Assembly: GCF_000270205.1 (NCBI RefSeq)
Contig: NC_015913.1
Span: 1,170,001 to 1,202,000 of the forward strand
From: Candidatus Arthromitus sp. SFB-mouse-Japan
Lineage (GTDB): Bacteria > Bacillota > Clostridia > Clostridiales > Clostridiaceae
Direction: 5' to 3'
DNA: 32,000 nucleotides
Position numbers and translations under genes: made by a program. The notes beneath the pieces were generated by a model. The model ran no database searches. It saw only the letters and a program-made list of their open reading frames with translations, and was not told where the DNA came from. Shown here one piece after another: positions 8,310 to 17,395 of the stretch; positions within the stretch are counted from its first letter, which is position 1; the number at the start of each line of letters is the position of its first letter.

Positions 8310-9212
8310 TTATTTTAAAAATACATTACTCCCACCTGATGATAATTTTCTCATATCCAAATTAAAATTGTTAATCCTAATCTCTATACAATCATCAATA
8401 AACCTGACGTTATTAATATCTAAATCTAAATCCAAATTTCCAAATGCTTTCAATAAATCCTTAACAAATATTTTTATAGGAACATGCTCTATATTAATCC
8501 CTGGAAAAACACAATTTATTATCTTTACTTGTATATATAATAAATTCTCTCTTAAGTCCTTTATATTTAAAGAAACATCCCCTAACTCAAATGAACCAAT
8601 TATTATTCCTTTTAAATAAATAGCTTGACTCACATCTATGCCAGAAATCATAAAATTCCCGCTTTTTACAAAATCTCTTACAAAAGACATTATATCATCA
8701 CCTGAAAGTCTCAATATCGTCTGCGTAAGCTTCAAAAATATCCCTCCATTTTTATTTAAATTCTTATTTTTAGAATTAATATTTATATTAATATCTTTTG
8801 AAATAATATGAATAAACCCTTTTTTAACAACTATATTTTTAAGATTAAACCTTAAATTTGAATTCTTCATCAAATTATTTAAATCTATAACAAAAGTATG
8901 TTTATCTAATTTATTTTCATCTATGAGGTCTGTATGGAAAAACCTTATAAAAATATCAACTATAGATTTTGGAATATATATACCCTTAAAACTTATTTTT
9001 GTTATTCTAATTTGAATTTTATTATTATAAACTCCATGTATTTTCAAATGTACACTTAAATTTCTAAATATTTTATAACTAATATTTTTTATTTGTATTT
9101 CATCAGTAATCTTAATTTCTTTTATAGAAATATTTTTATTTGCTATGAACCTCATTAAAATATCTGTTAAATCTCTTTCACTGACTAAAATAGAAATATC
9201 AGTTAATTTCAT
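8310..9212 (-). CDS. Hypothetical protein (300 aa) built from two homologous halves; possibly a DUF2993/YpmS-like fold (speculative)
   Basis: AGGAG RBS. Half 1 ends FVIDLNNLMKNSNLRFNLKNIVVKKGFIHI and half 2 ends FVKDLLKAFGNLDLDLDINNVRFIDDCIEI. Both halves begin with an L-x-x-x-D-(L/I)-x-x-F-(I/V) element. An Asn/Lys linker (INININSKNKNLNKNG) separates them. Confidence 0.65.
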   Translation of the reverse strand: MKLTDISILVSERDLTDILMRFIANKNISIKEIKITDEIQIKNISYKIFRNLSVHLKIHGVYNNKIQIRITKISFKGIYIPKSIVDIFIRFFHTDLIDENKLDKHTFVIDLNNLMKNSNLRFNLKNIVVKKGFIHIISKDINININSKNKNLNKNGGIFLKLTQTILRLSGDDIMSFVRDFVKSGNFMISGIDVSQAIYLKGIIIGSFELGDVSLNIKDLRENLLYIQVKIINCVFPGINIEHVPIKIFVKDLLKAFGNLDLDLDINNVRFIDDCIEIRINNFNLDMRKLSSGGSNVFLK

Positions 9213-9229
9213 TGATCATCTCCTGAGTC

Positions 9230-9272
9230 AAAAAATAAAAAGCACATACCTTATATATTTAGATATATGCTT
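9230..9272 (-). terminator. Probable rho-independent terminator after the 960-aa gene
   Basis: On the minus strand, AAGCATATA ... TATGTGCTT (9 bp including one G-U pair, 15-nt loop) is followed by TTTTATTTTTT. Confidence 0.5.
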
Positions 9273-9303
9273 ATCTTCTATATTCTTATTCTCTATATTA
9301 AAA

Positions 9304-12186
9304 CTATTTTTCTTTTACTTCTCCCTTTAACTGTTTCTCTAAAGATTTAAACTTAACGTTTGTAAACATCTTTTCAATTATAATTCTTATAGATTTACTC
9401 ATATCTTCTGTTTTTAAAATCTTATTAAAATCACTCAACCACAAATTAAGACTTTGGTCACTTGGACTATTTCCAAAAACTATATTATATATAATTTTTA
9501 TTCTTTCTGGATTATCTATGTATTTCTTATCAAATTCTTCATCTTTAATTATGGTAAAAATAAAATTTCTAAGATCAACTTCTTCATTTTTTAATTTGTT
9601 ATACCAAAGCCAAAACTCATCCTCACTTGGAAACTCAATACTGTTCTCATTCTTGTCTACTCCATTTTTTATATTTATGTAACTATATGAAATAAAATTT
9701 TTGATATCATCTTCAGATTTTTTACACTTAAATTCTGGTAAATTTATTTTAACACATTCATCTTTGTCATTTTTAAGTTCTATCTTTAAATCTTTGTAAG
9801 TCTTAAGCGGAACCAATTTATTAATCAAAATATGATCGCCTTCAACTTTAACTTCGAGTTTTGAAATTGCACACAATACTTGATTAATTTTAAAAGAATC
9901 ATCGATATTATGCTTAAACTTTATATTTCCATCTCCAAATTCAATAGAATTTATATCTACAAAACTACCTTCTTCCTCATCATCCTTAATCTCTTCTTTA
10001 TTTATAATCTTCTCAGCAATATCATATTGATTATCTTTATTTTCATTTTCTTTAATATTATTAAATTCTAATACAAGAGATTCCCGTGTTCCATCTTTTA
10101 AGTAATAATTTAAATATATAAAATATGAGTTATTTGGTTCAAAAGCTATTTGATCTGAAATAATTATTTCACCATTTTCATTTTTTACAATATTTAAAAT
10201 TGGTTTGTTTAACAATTGATTTCCTGTCAATTTATTTTTTATTCCAACAATATCTATATTTCCATCAATATTTAAATGCTTAGAATCAAGAACTAAATTA
10301 TTTTCATTTGTAAAATGTCCAGTAACAAATTTTATATCATTATTTTCTTCAACTAGTATTGGTATAATTTCATCAAACTTCACTCCGTTTATCTTAACTT
10401 TAATTCCATATTTATATTCGCTAACTATTGCACCCTTTAATTTTATAATTCCTTTTTTGGAATTTAATTTTGTTCCTTTATCCTTATCTATCAAATTAAA
10501 ATTAATGTCATCTAAATTAAAAACACTATCTATCTCTATTAAATCATGATTACTAATGCAATCTATGTTTTTAAAACAAACTTCTACTTCATGACTTGTA
10601 TTTTTACTTTTAGCAATTGCACCCTTAAAAGATATATTGTTGTTAACAGTTACTTTCAAAACATTATCAAGCTCGATATCATTAATTTTAAATCTCACAA
10701 AATAATTATTTTTTGTATCTAACGTTTGATTTATAAATATGCTCCCATTTAACCTTTCTATTGCAGTATTGTAATTAGACTTTAAAAGATTTTTTGCATC
10801 TCCTCCATCTCTAAAAACTCCAATTACCTTGACAATATCAGTTATTTTTAATCCCTTAGCATGATCTAAAGATATAAAAATTTTATTGCTTATAACATCT
10901 GTTAGTGCACTTGCATTTGATAAATCCACAGGAATAACTTCAACACCAAATCCATTCATAACAAATCCATTTATTTTAAGTATAAGTTCATATGCATTTC
11001 CTGCTTCAATTCTTCCAAGTATATCAATCGTATTAACTTTATTTGTTAATTTACATGGAGAAATCAAATTTTTCTCTTTATCTTTAATATCATGTAAAGA
11101 TACAACTTCTATAACATCATCTTTACTTAAATTATTAATTCCACTTAAATCAACTCTTAAATCTTTTCCTATTTTCTCAATTGCAGTTGCCTTAATTTTT
11201 GAAGCATCAATATCCCTGATATTTACATCACAAGCATCATGCTGATCCAAATCAATACCATTAACTCTTAATCTTGCTTTATATTTTTTACCTTGACATA
11301 AAGTAGTTTTTAATATTATCTCTCCCTGAAGATTTTTAATTTGATTTTGAGTATAATCAAGATTTAACAACATATTTTCACTAGGATTTGATTCATCATA
11401 AACACTCACAACATAAACGTTATCATTTATACCAATTCCGCTATTTTTGTCTATACATACATTTAACTTGTTAGACACTTGAGAAATTATACTTAACTTT
11501 ACATTATCCTTAACACTTATTTCTCTATATATTGGATTAATATGAAATGAATCTATTCCAACTATTTCAGAACCCTTTTTTAACAATACAGTATATGTAG
11601 ATGTAGTTAAATCATTTATATCATTTACTTGTATACTTGCCTTACCTTCCCCATCCAATTTAGAATTACCAATCTTTGAATCATTTCTAAAAACACTTAC
11701 TTCTGAACCAGATAAAGAATTGGTTGTATCCTGAACCTCTAAGACATTTTTTGAATCATTATATGTAACCTTAATATCTAAAACTCTGTAACCATAATCA
11801 GTTTTATTTACAACTTTATACACCTGCCCAAGCTCTTTCGTATTTAAAATAATCGTATATGTATCATCATTTAAATTAGAAACAGGAACACCTGATGAAT
11901 CCAAAAGAATTCTTCCATCATTTGAGAAGGTATACGAAATTGATTTATTAATAAGTTTAATATCTAAAATATTTATATTGCTTGGAATATTAATCAATTT
12001 GTATACAGTTCCACCATTTGATTGACTTTCATCTCTAACTATGCTGAGTCCTAAAGCACTAGTGATTTCTAATTTGCTTACTATTTTTGAAATTGAACTT
12101 ACATTTAATTTGTTACCTATTAACATCATGAAAACCATCATACAAAAAACAAATGAATTAATTATATGTCGATATTTTATCTTCAT
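9304..12186 (-). CDS. Large secreted/surface protein (960 aa): signal peptide, tandem ~97-aa beta-rich (Ig-like) repeats, acidic linker, DUF4214-like C-terminal region
   Basis: N-terminal K/R residues plus a hydrophobic core (FVFCMMVFMMLIG). Repeat landmarks are RLRVNG (~310), ILKING (~407), RFKIND (~503), KVKING (~601) and YLKDG (~699). The C-terminus IIYNIVFGNSPSDQSLNLWLSDF resembles the DUF4214 core. Confidence 0.8.
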   Translation of the reverse strand: MKIKYRHIINSFVFCMMVFMMLIGNKLNVSSISKIVSKLEITSALGLSIVRDESQSNGGTVYKLINIPSNINILDIKLINKSISYTFSNDGRILLDSSGVPVSNLNDDTYTIILNTKELGQVYKVVNKTDYGYRVLDIKVTYNDSKNVLEVQDTTNSLSGSEVSVFRNDSKIGNSKLDGEGKASIQVNDINDLTTSTYTVLLKKGSEIVGIDSFHINPIYREISVKDNVKLSIISQVSNKLNVCIDKNSGIGINDNVYVVSVYDESNPSENMLLNLDYTQNQIKNLQGEIILKTTLCQGKKYKARLRVNGIDLDQHDACDVNIRDIDASKIKATAIEKIGKDLRVDLSGINNLSKDDVIEVVSLHDIKDKEKNLISPCKLTNKVNTIDILGRIEAGNAYELILKINGFVMNGFGVEVIPVDLSNASALTDVISNKIFISLDHAKGLKITDIVKVIGVFRDGGDAKNLLKSNYNTAIERLNGSIFINQTLDTKNNYFVRFKINDIELDNVLKVTVNNNISFKGAIAKSKNTSHEVEVCFKNIDCISNHDLIEIDSVFNLDDINFNLIDKDKGTKLNSKKGIIKLKGAIVSEYKYGIKVKINGVKFDEIIPILVEENNDIKFVTGHFTNENNLVLDSKHLNIDGNIDIVGIKNKLTGNQLLNKPILNIVKNENGEIIISDQIAFEPNNSYFIYLNYYLKDGTRESLVLEFNNIKENENKDNQYDIAEKIINKEEIKDDEEEGSFVDINSIEFGDGNIKFKHNIDDSFKINQVLCAISKLEVKVEGDHILINKLVPLKTYKDLKIELKNDKDECVKINLPEFKCKKSEDDIKNFISYSYINIKNGVDKNENSIEFPSEDEFWLWYNKLKNEEVDLRNFIFTIIKDEEFDKKYIDNPERIKIIYNIVFGNSPSDQSLNLWLSDFNKILKTEDMSKSIRIIIEKMFTNVKFKSLEKQLKGEVKEK
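10057..11523 (-). repeat. Five tandem, diverged ~97-aa protein-level repeats inside the 960-aa CDS (residues ~222-710)
   Basis: Repeat-terminal (K/R)-(I/V)-N-(G/D) landmarks are spaced 96-98 residues apart. Each unit shows the same order of short beta-like segments. No conspicuous nucleotide-level identity was seen. Confidence 0.55.
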
Positions 12187-12273
12187 TTAAACTACTCCTT
12201 TAAAATGTGGTTTGTTTTAGTATTATAATTTTATTAGATTATAATGAGTTAAAATTTTTTCCATATATAGAAA

Positions 12274-12313
12274 CAAAAAGGCAAGTTGTTAAAATAATTA
12301 AACAACTTGCCTT
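12274..12313 (-). terminator. Rho-independent terminator after the amidase gene
   Basis: Perfect 13-bp inverted repeat aaggcaagttgtt (12278-12290) / aacaacttgcctt (12301-12313) with a 10-nt loop, followed on the minus strand by TTTTTG. Confidence 0.8.
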
Positions 12314-12325
12314 AAATTATTAATT

Positions 12326-13003
12326 CTATTCTTCTTTATTTTCAACAACAGTTCTTAAGGATTCTTCAAAATCATTCTCTCCAGATGAAATTGAATCATC
12401 AATATAAAAACTATTTAAATAAGTTTCTATAAATTTTTCACAATTATCACGGATTTGCATTTCTATATCTAAAATATCTCCTCCACCTTGTAACACATTA
12501 AAAATAAAACTCGTCAAATCATAAAATCCATTCCAAAGTTTCCAATCGTCTGAACTCATAAACTCAGGACAAACTTTTCTGCTTGCATCATAATGCCTAA
12601 CAAGCTTATCCATTGTCAAATCATGCTTAATTAAAAGTTCAGCAGCTAATCTAGCCATACCCAAAATATTATTTTTATGATCAGAATCCTTATTAACACA
12701 CATTCCTATTCCAATGCTGTTATCATTTGTTATTCCATATTTTCCTCGGCCATCACCACAATGCCAAGATCTATATTCTTCACCTACAAGATTATAAATT
12801 TTATATTCATTATCTTCGTTTCCAACTAAATAATGATAACTCGCATTATCAGATACATTTTCAAAAAAATTATAATGCCTATCTAATCCAGCACCTTCGT
12901 CCCAATTACCTGTATCATGAACTACTATATATTCAATCTTCTTATTTTCTCTGTTTGAAAAATTATTAGATATTAATTTTTCCTTCAATAAATATTGTTT
13001 CAT
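12326..13003 (-). CDS. N-acetylmuramoyl-L-alanine amidase, Amidase_2 (PGRP/T7-lysozyme) family
   Basis: Motifs IVVHDTGN (Zn His), ASYHYLVG, SWHCGDG, NSIGIGMC, VRHYDASRKVCP (Zn His/Cys). No signal peptide. ~65-aa acidic C-terminal tail with no recognisable wall-binding repeat. Confidence 0.88.
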   Translation of the reverse strand: MKQYLLKEKLISNNFSNRENKKIEYIVVHDTGNWDEGAGLDRHYNFFENVSDNASYHYLVGNEDNEYKIYNLVGEEYRSWHCGDGRGKYGITNDNSIGIGMCVNKDSDHKNNILGMARLAAELLIKHDLTMDKLVRHYDASRKVCPEFMSSDDWKLWNGFYDLTSFIFNVLQGGGDILDIEMQIRDNCEKFIETYLNSFYIDDSISSGENDFEESLRTVVENKEE

Positions 13004-13077
13004 AATTCAACCTAAAAAAATTATTATTGTATATCATTAATATTTATAAAATATTTTTGATATTCATTTAATCTCCG

Positions 13078-14382
13078 TTAATTAAAAATTAGTTTCTCAG
13101 TAATCCTCTTCACCCTCACAACAAAATTTATAAATAATAGAGATAACCCTTCAGAAAATATTAAACTCATCCATATTCCAGTTAATCCAAATAATCTTGA
13201 TAAAATTAACAGACTTATAGGGAGAAATATGAAAGATCTAAATATACAAATTACATTTGAATATCTCGGGATTTCCATCGCTTGATAATAAATACTTGTA
13301 GTCAAATTTATCCCTAAAATAAAAAATGCTAAATTTGACACATTAAGTCCAAAATACGCAATCCTTATAATTTCTAAATCAGATGTGAATATTTTAATTA
13401 AGTTATTTCCCCATATTAAACATATTAAGACATAAATAAAAGTCAACGAAAATCCAAATCTTTTTGAAAATCCATAAAACTTAAGCATATCCTTTCCATT
13501 CTTTTCACCAAAAGAATAACTTATAAGAGGTTGAACTCCAAAATTCATACCAAGAAGTACCATATAAATATTTGAATTTATATAATTTATAACACTAAAA
13601 GCCGTTAATGCCTTGCTACCAACAAAAAATATAAGAGCAATATTATAGAAAAATATAATCATAGAAAATGTTATTTCAGCAAGGAAAGATGGAAAACCAA
13701 TCATTACTATGCTTTTTAAAACATCTGAGTTAAATGAAGCTCTTTTAAATCTCAATGCTCCCTTCTTAAAAATAAAATGGTTCATCAAAATTATTATAGT
13801 CATGATTTGTCCAATTCCAGTTGCTAAAGCTGCACCTTGTATTCCCCATTTGAATTTAAAAATAAAAATATAATCGAGCACTATATTTGTTATTGCTCCA
13901 AATATATTTGCAATCATTCCAAGTTTTGGATTACCATCATTCCTAACAAAACTATTTATAACAATCCCTATTAGATTAAAACTACAAAACAAAGAATAAT
14001 ATTTCAAATACTCTGATGAATAATATAAAATTTCATCTCGTGCCCCAACTAAATACATTATTTTATGACACCCAAATAAAGCAATTACACTTAAAAATAA
14101 ACTTAACAGCACAATAAGTCTTATAGTTTGTCCAAAAATATTTTGTGCCTTAATCTCATTATTTTCCCCAAAACTTTTAGAAACAAGAGAACCTCCTCCA
14201 ACTGCTATCATGGTAGCCAATCCAAAATACATTATAGTAATTGGCAAAACCATATTTACAGCAGCAAGTCCAGTATCTCCTATTCCTCTTCCAACAAAAA
14301 TACCATCCATTATCGTATAAAGAGATGTCACTAACATAGCTATCATAGATGAAATTGAATATTTGAAAAATATTTTTACCAT
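13078..14382 (-). CDS. MATE family efflux transporter
   Basis: 434 aa, ~12 TM segments. The N-terminus ...SISSMIAMLVTSLYTIMDGIFVGRGIGDTGLAAVNMVLP is typical of MATE (NorM/DinF-like) proteins. Confidence 0.9.
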   Translation of the reverse strand: MVKIFFKYSISSMIAMLVTSLYTIMDGIFVGRGIGDTGLAAVNMVLPITIMYFGLATMIAVGGGSLVSKSFGENNEIKAQNIFGQTIRLIVLLSLFLSVIALFGCHKIMYLVGARDEILYYSSEYLKYYSLFCSFNLIGIVINSFVRNDGNPKLGMIANIFGAITNIVLDYIFIFKFKWGIQGAALATGIGQIMTIIILMNHFIFKKGALRFKRASFNSDVLKSIVMIGFPSFLAEITFSMIIFFYNIALIFFVGSKALTAFSVINYINSNIYMVLLGMNFGVQPLISYSFGEKNGKDMLKFYGFSKRFGFSLTFIYVLICLIWGNNLIKIFTSDLEIIRIAYFGLNVSNLAFFILGINLTTSIYYQAMEIPRYSNVICIFRSFIFLPISLLILSRLFGLTGIWMSLIFSEGLSLLFINFVVRVKRITEKLIFN

Positions 14383-14440
14383 AATCTATCTCCAAATAAA
14401 TAAATTTAAAACATCAATTTTCAAAGATAGTTTGTACAAA

Positions 14441-14483
14441 TCATAAAATAAAATCCACTAAATTTTAAATAATTTAGTGGATT
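14441..14483 (-). terminator. Rho-independent terminator after the bceB-like gene
   Basis: Perfect 13-bp inverted repeat aatccactaaatt (14452-14464) / aatttagtggatt (14471-14483) with a 6-nt loop, followed on the minus strand by TTTATTTTAT. Confidence 0.8.
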
Positions 14484-14487
14484 GAAT

Positions 14488-16524
14488 CTACTTTGTTGTT
14501 TCACTTACTATTCTGTAATACGAATTTGATGTAATTTTGTATATAATCATATAAAATACAGCAAATACAATAAAACTACTTACTGTTGTTATAGCAAATA
14601 GTACCACATTATTAATACTAACTGTTAAAAGTAATCTACAAATAATTGGAAAAGCAAATACCAAATGTATAAATGCAATAATTAGTGGAAGAAAAAATAC
14701 GGTTAAAAGTTGCGAATTAATACTCTTTCTAATTTCTTTCTTGGTCATACCAACTTTTTGCATAATTTCAAAGCGTGATTGATCCTCATATCCTTCTGAA
14801 ATTTGCTTATAATAAATAATTAATACTGCTGCTGTGATAAATACAATACTTAAAATAATTCATATATAAAATACTGCTCCAAAAAGACTATTAAAACTTT
14901 CACGTTCAAATTCCTGACTTACTAAATAAACAGTTTTATATCTAAAATTTTCCTTAATTGATTCATCTGTAAAAATATTTAAAAAACTATTGTAAACTTC
15001 TATCTGTTTATTAACTTCTATTCCAGTATCAAAATTGTAAATAAAACTCATCCTAGCTAATTTTTCTCCATAAAAATCTGATAAATTATCAAAACTTTTA
15101 ATAACACTTTCTATATCTGGCACAATTAATATTATATTGAATAACATATCAATTGCACTATCGCCAGTTTTAACAAAATTATCAATGTTCCTTTTAATAT
15201 TAAATGTTTTCCCATTATTAAAAGAAATTTTATCATTCTTATAGCTATTTCTATACGAGTATAATAAAGCTTCTCCATCATTCAATGTTTCGTTTGTATT
15301 CATAACCTCATTGTAATCATCAAGTGAGACAAAGTTGATTGAATATGTACTTGTCCCATCTGATAAATTATAATTTCTTAAAGTCGTTTCAACATCACTA
15401 CCATTAACTATTCCATAGATAGCAACATTGCGATAAAAATATCTATTTTCTGGTATAATATTACGATCTCTTAACTCAGTTGATAATTTATCTTTTAATT
15501 TCTTAATATTTTCATCTGAAAAACTATCTAATTCATCAAAACTAAACTCTAAATTAATGTCACGTGGATATCTTGTATTTATTGCATCTTCTTTTCCAAA
15601 ATAAAGACAAGCTGTAGAAGCCATCATAACCAGAACCATTGTAGCTAAAATACAAATAGACGCAAGACCTGCTCCATTTCTTTTCATACGATAAATCATT
15701 GAAGAAACAGATATAAAATGATTTGTCTTATAATAGTACCTCCTTCTCTTTTTCAAAATACGCAAAAATACAACAGATCCTGAAATCATCGTAAAATATG
15801 TACCTATAATTACCATGATTACAGCAATGGAAAATATAAGAATTGCTTGAATAGGCTCTTGAATCGTAACTGATATATAATAAGCAACCACCAAAATTAA
15901 AATTCCCATGATACCAATGAACCAATTACCTTTTGGAGGTTTTTCTCCAACATTCTCACTTCGCATAAGATTAATTGCACTCGAAAATTGCACTTGACGG
16001 ATTGAATTAATCAAAATCAAAATAAATATAATTCCAAAAACTTGAATAGTTCTTTCAATTGAAATAATTGAGATTGAAAAAGTATAATTTACAATACTAC
16101 CCATAAGATTAACAAGTACAAGCTCAGCTAACTTCGAAAATATAATTCCTGCCAAAAGTCCAATACCAATTGATATAATTCCAATAATCAAAGTTTCCCA
16201 AAATAATATAATCCCTATATTTCCTTTTCCCATCCCAAGAATGTTATAAAGACCAAACTCCTTTTTTCTACGTCGTGCTAAAAAAGAATTTGTATAAAAT
16301 AAAAAAATTCCAGAAAAAACTGCAATAACTTGACTGCCAAGGGAAAGAACTATTCTAATTGTTTCCCCACCTCTTAAATTATTCAGTATATCGCTCACTC
16401 CTAAAAACATAACAATATAAAACATCATTATCATGCCAATACAAGTAAAAATATATGGAACAAACATCCTCTTATTTTTTAGAATACTGCTTACAGCAAG
16501 TTTAGGGTAAAAACTCATTTTCAT
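14488..16524 (-). pseudogene. bceB: BceB-type (FtsX-domain, 10-TM) ABC permease interrupted by a single in-frame TGA at 14860-14862
   Basis: The track ORFs 14860-16524 and 14488-14763 are in the same frame. The 96 nt between them translate without stops. The continuous reading ...GAVFYI*IILSIVFITAAVLIIYYKQISEGYEDQSRFEIMQKVGMTKKEIRKS... is the conserved TM8/second FtsX region of BceB-like permeases. The ATGA overlap with bceA at 16521-16524 suggests translational coupling. Confidence 0.8.
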
Positions 16525-17285
16525 TTTCTTGTTCCTCCTGTTATGAGTAAAGTCAATGTATCTGAAATTTTTTGGTAAAATTGATCATCTGTATCATTAC
16601 CACGATAAATCTGGTGAAATACTTCTCCATCTTTAATAAATAAAACACGATTTGCTACACTTGCAGCTCTAACTGAATGTGTTACCATTAGAATTGTTTG
16701 ACCTATCTTGTTAACTTCTACAAAAAGACGAAGCAACTCATCGGTAGCTCTGGAATCTAATGCACCTGTCGGTTCATCAGCAAGAATTATTTTAGGATTG
16801 TTTATCATTGCTCGTGCAACAGCAGCTCTTTGCTTTTGACCTCCAGATACTTCATAGGGATACTTTTTAAGAAGATTATAAATTCCAAGTCGTTCTGAAA
16901 TTGGTAACAAACGATCATGCATTTCCATGTAAGATTTCCCTGCAAGTACAAGAGGTAAATAAATATTATCCTCTAAAGTAAAAGTATCCAGCAAATTAAA
17001 ATCCTGAAATACGAATCCAAGATTATCTCTCCGAAAATTTGCAATTAATGATTCTTTGATTTTAGAGATATCATTACCATCTAAAATAACATTTCCACTT
17101 GTTGGCTTATCAATTGCTGCCATAATATTCAAAAGAGTAGTCTTACCTGATCCAGATTCACCCATAATAGAAACAAACTCACCCTTCTCCACACTGAAAT
17201 TTACATTTTTTAACACCTCAATTTTATTCCCTCCAAAACGAGTACTGTATACCTTTTTTAAACTATTTACTTCCAAAATACTCAT
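16521..17285 (-). CDS. bceA: BceA-type ABC transporter ATP-binding protein (MacB/LolD-like subfamily)
   Basis: Walker A GESGSGKTT, signature VSGGQKQRAAVARA, Walker B ILADEPTGALD, H-loop MVTHS. Preferred start is the ATG at 17285 (MSILEV...) with GGAGG RBS ~9 nt upstream; the track start at 17306 is TTG. Confidence 0.9.
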   Translation of the reverse strand: MSILEVNSLKKVYSTRFGGNKIEVLKNVNFSVEKGEFVSIMGESGSGKTTLLNIMAAIDKPTSGNVILDGNDISKIKESLIANFRRDNLGFVFQDFNLLDTFTLEDNIYLPLVLAGKSYMEMHDRLLPISERLGIYNLLKKYPYEVSGGQKQRAAVARAMINNPKIILADEPTGALDSRATDELLRLFVEVNKIGQTILMVTHSVRAASVANRVLFIKDGEVFHQIYRGNDTDDQFYQKISDTLTLLITGGTRK

Positions 17286-17332
17286 AGATGTTGTTCCTCC
17301 ACTCAATTTTATGATGTTATTTTAACAAAAAA

Positions 17333-17369
17333 GGGAAATGACTCACCATCGATTTGGCTTACATTTCCC
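17333..17369 (-). terminator. Possible terminator/attenuator hairpin between bceS and bceA
   Basis: On the minus strand, GGGAAATG ... CATTTCCC (8-bp stem, 21-nt loop with some internal pairing) is followed by TTTTTT. The large loop lowers confidence. It overlaps the putative secondary regulator half-site. Confidence 0.4.
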
Positions 17370-17377
17370 AAGTTAGG

Positions 17378-17395
17378 TCTTACATTCTTGTAAGA
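17378..17395 (-). promoter_or_regulatory. Candidate BceR-type response-regulator box (7-4-7 inverted repeat) upstream of bceA
   Basis: On the minus strand, TCTTACA-AGAA-TGTAAGA sits ~100 nt upstream of the bceA ATG. A further ATGTAAG half-site lies ~15 nt downstream (plus-strand cttaca 17358-17363). As I recall, BceR-like regulators bind 7-4-7 inverted repeats with TGTAA-like half-sites plus a secondary site. Confidence 0.6.

Noticed and set aside
14177-14395. Same-strand alternative-frame ORFs inside the MATE gene (14177-14395) and the bceB-like gene (15728-15925)
   Set aside because: They are out-of-frame overlaps within genes whose main frame carries the family motifs. Their Cys/Tyr/Trp-rich translations look non-biological.
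14860-14862. The in-frame TGA in bceB as evidence for an alternative genetic code (TGA=Trp/Gly) or selenocysteine
   Set aside because: All other long genes are open under the standard code with no internal TGA. TGA terminates neighbouring genes (for example 2602-2604, 16521-16523 and 28958-28960). The site is inside a TM helix, with no obvious downstream SECIS-like hairpin. A nonsense mutation or sequencing error is the simpler reading.
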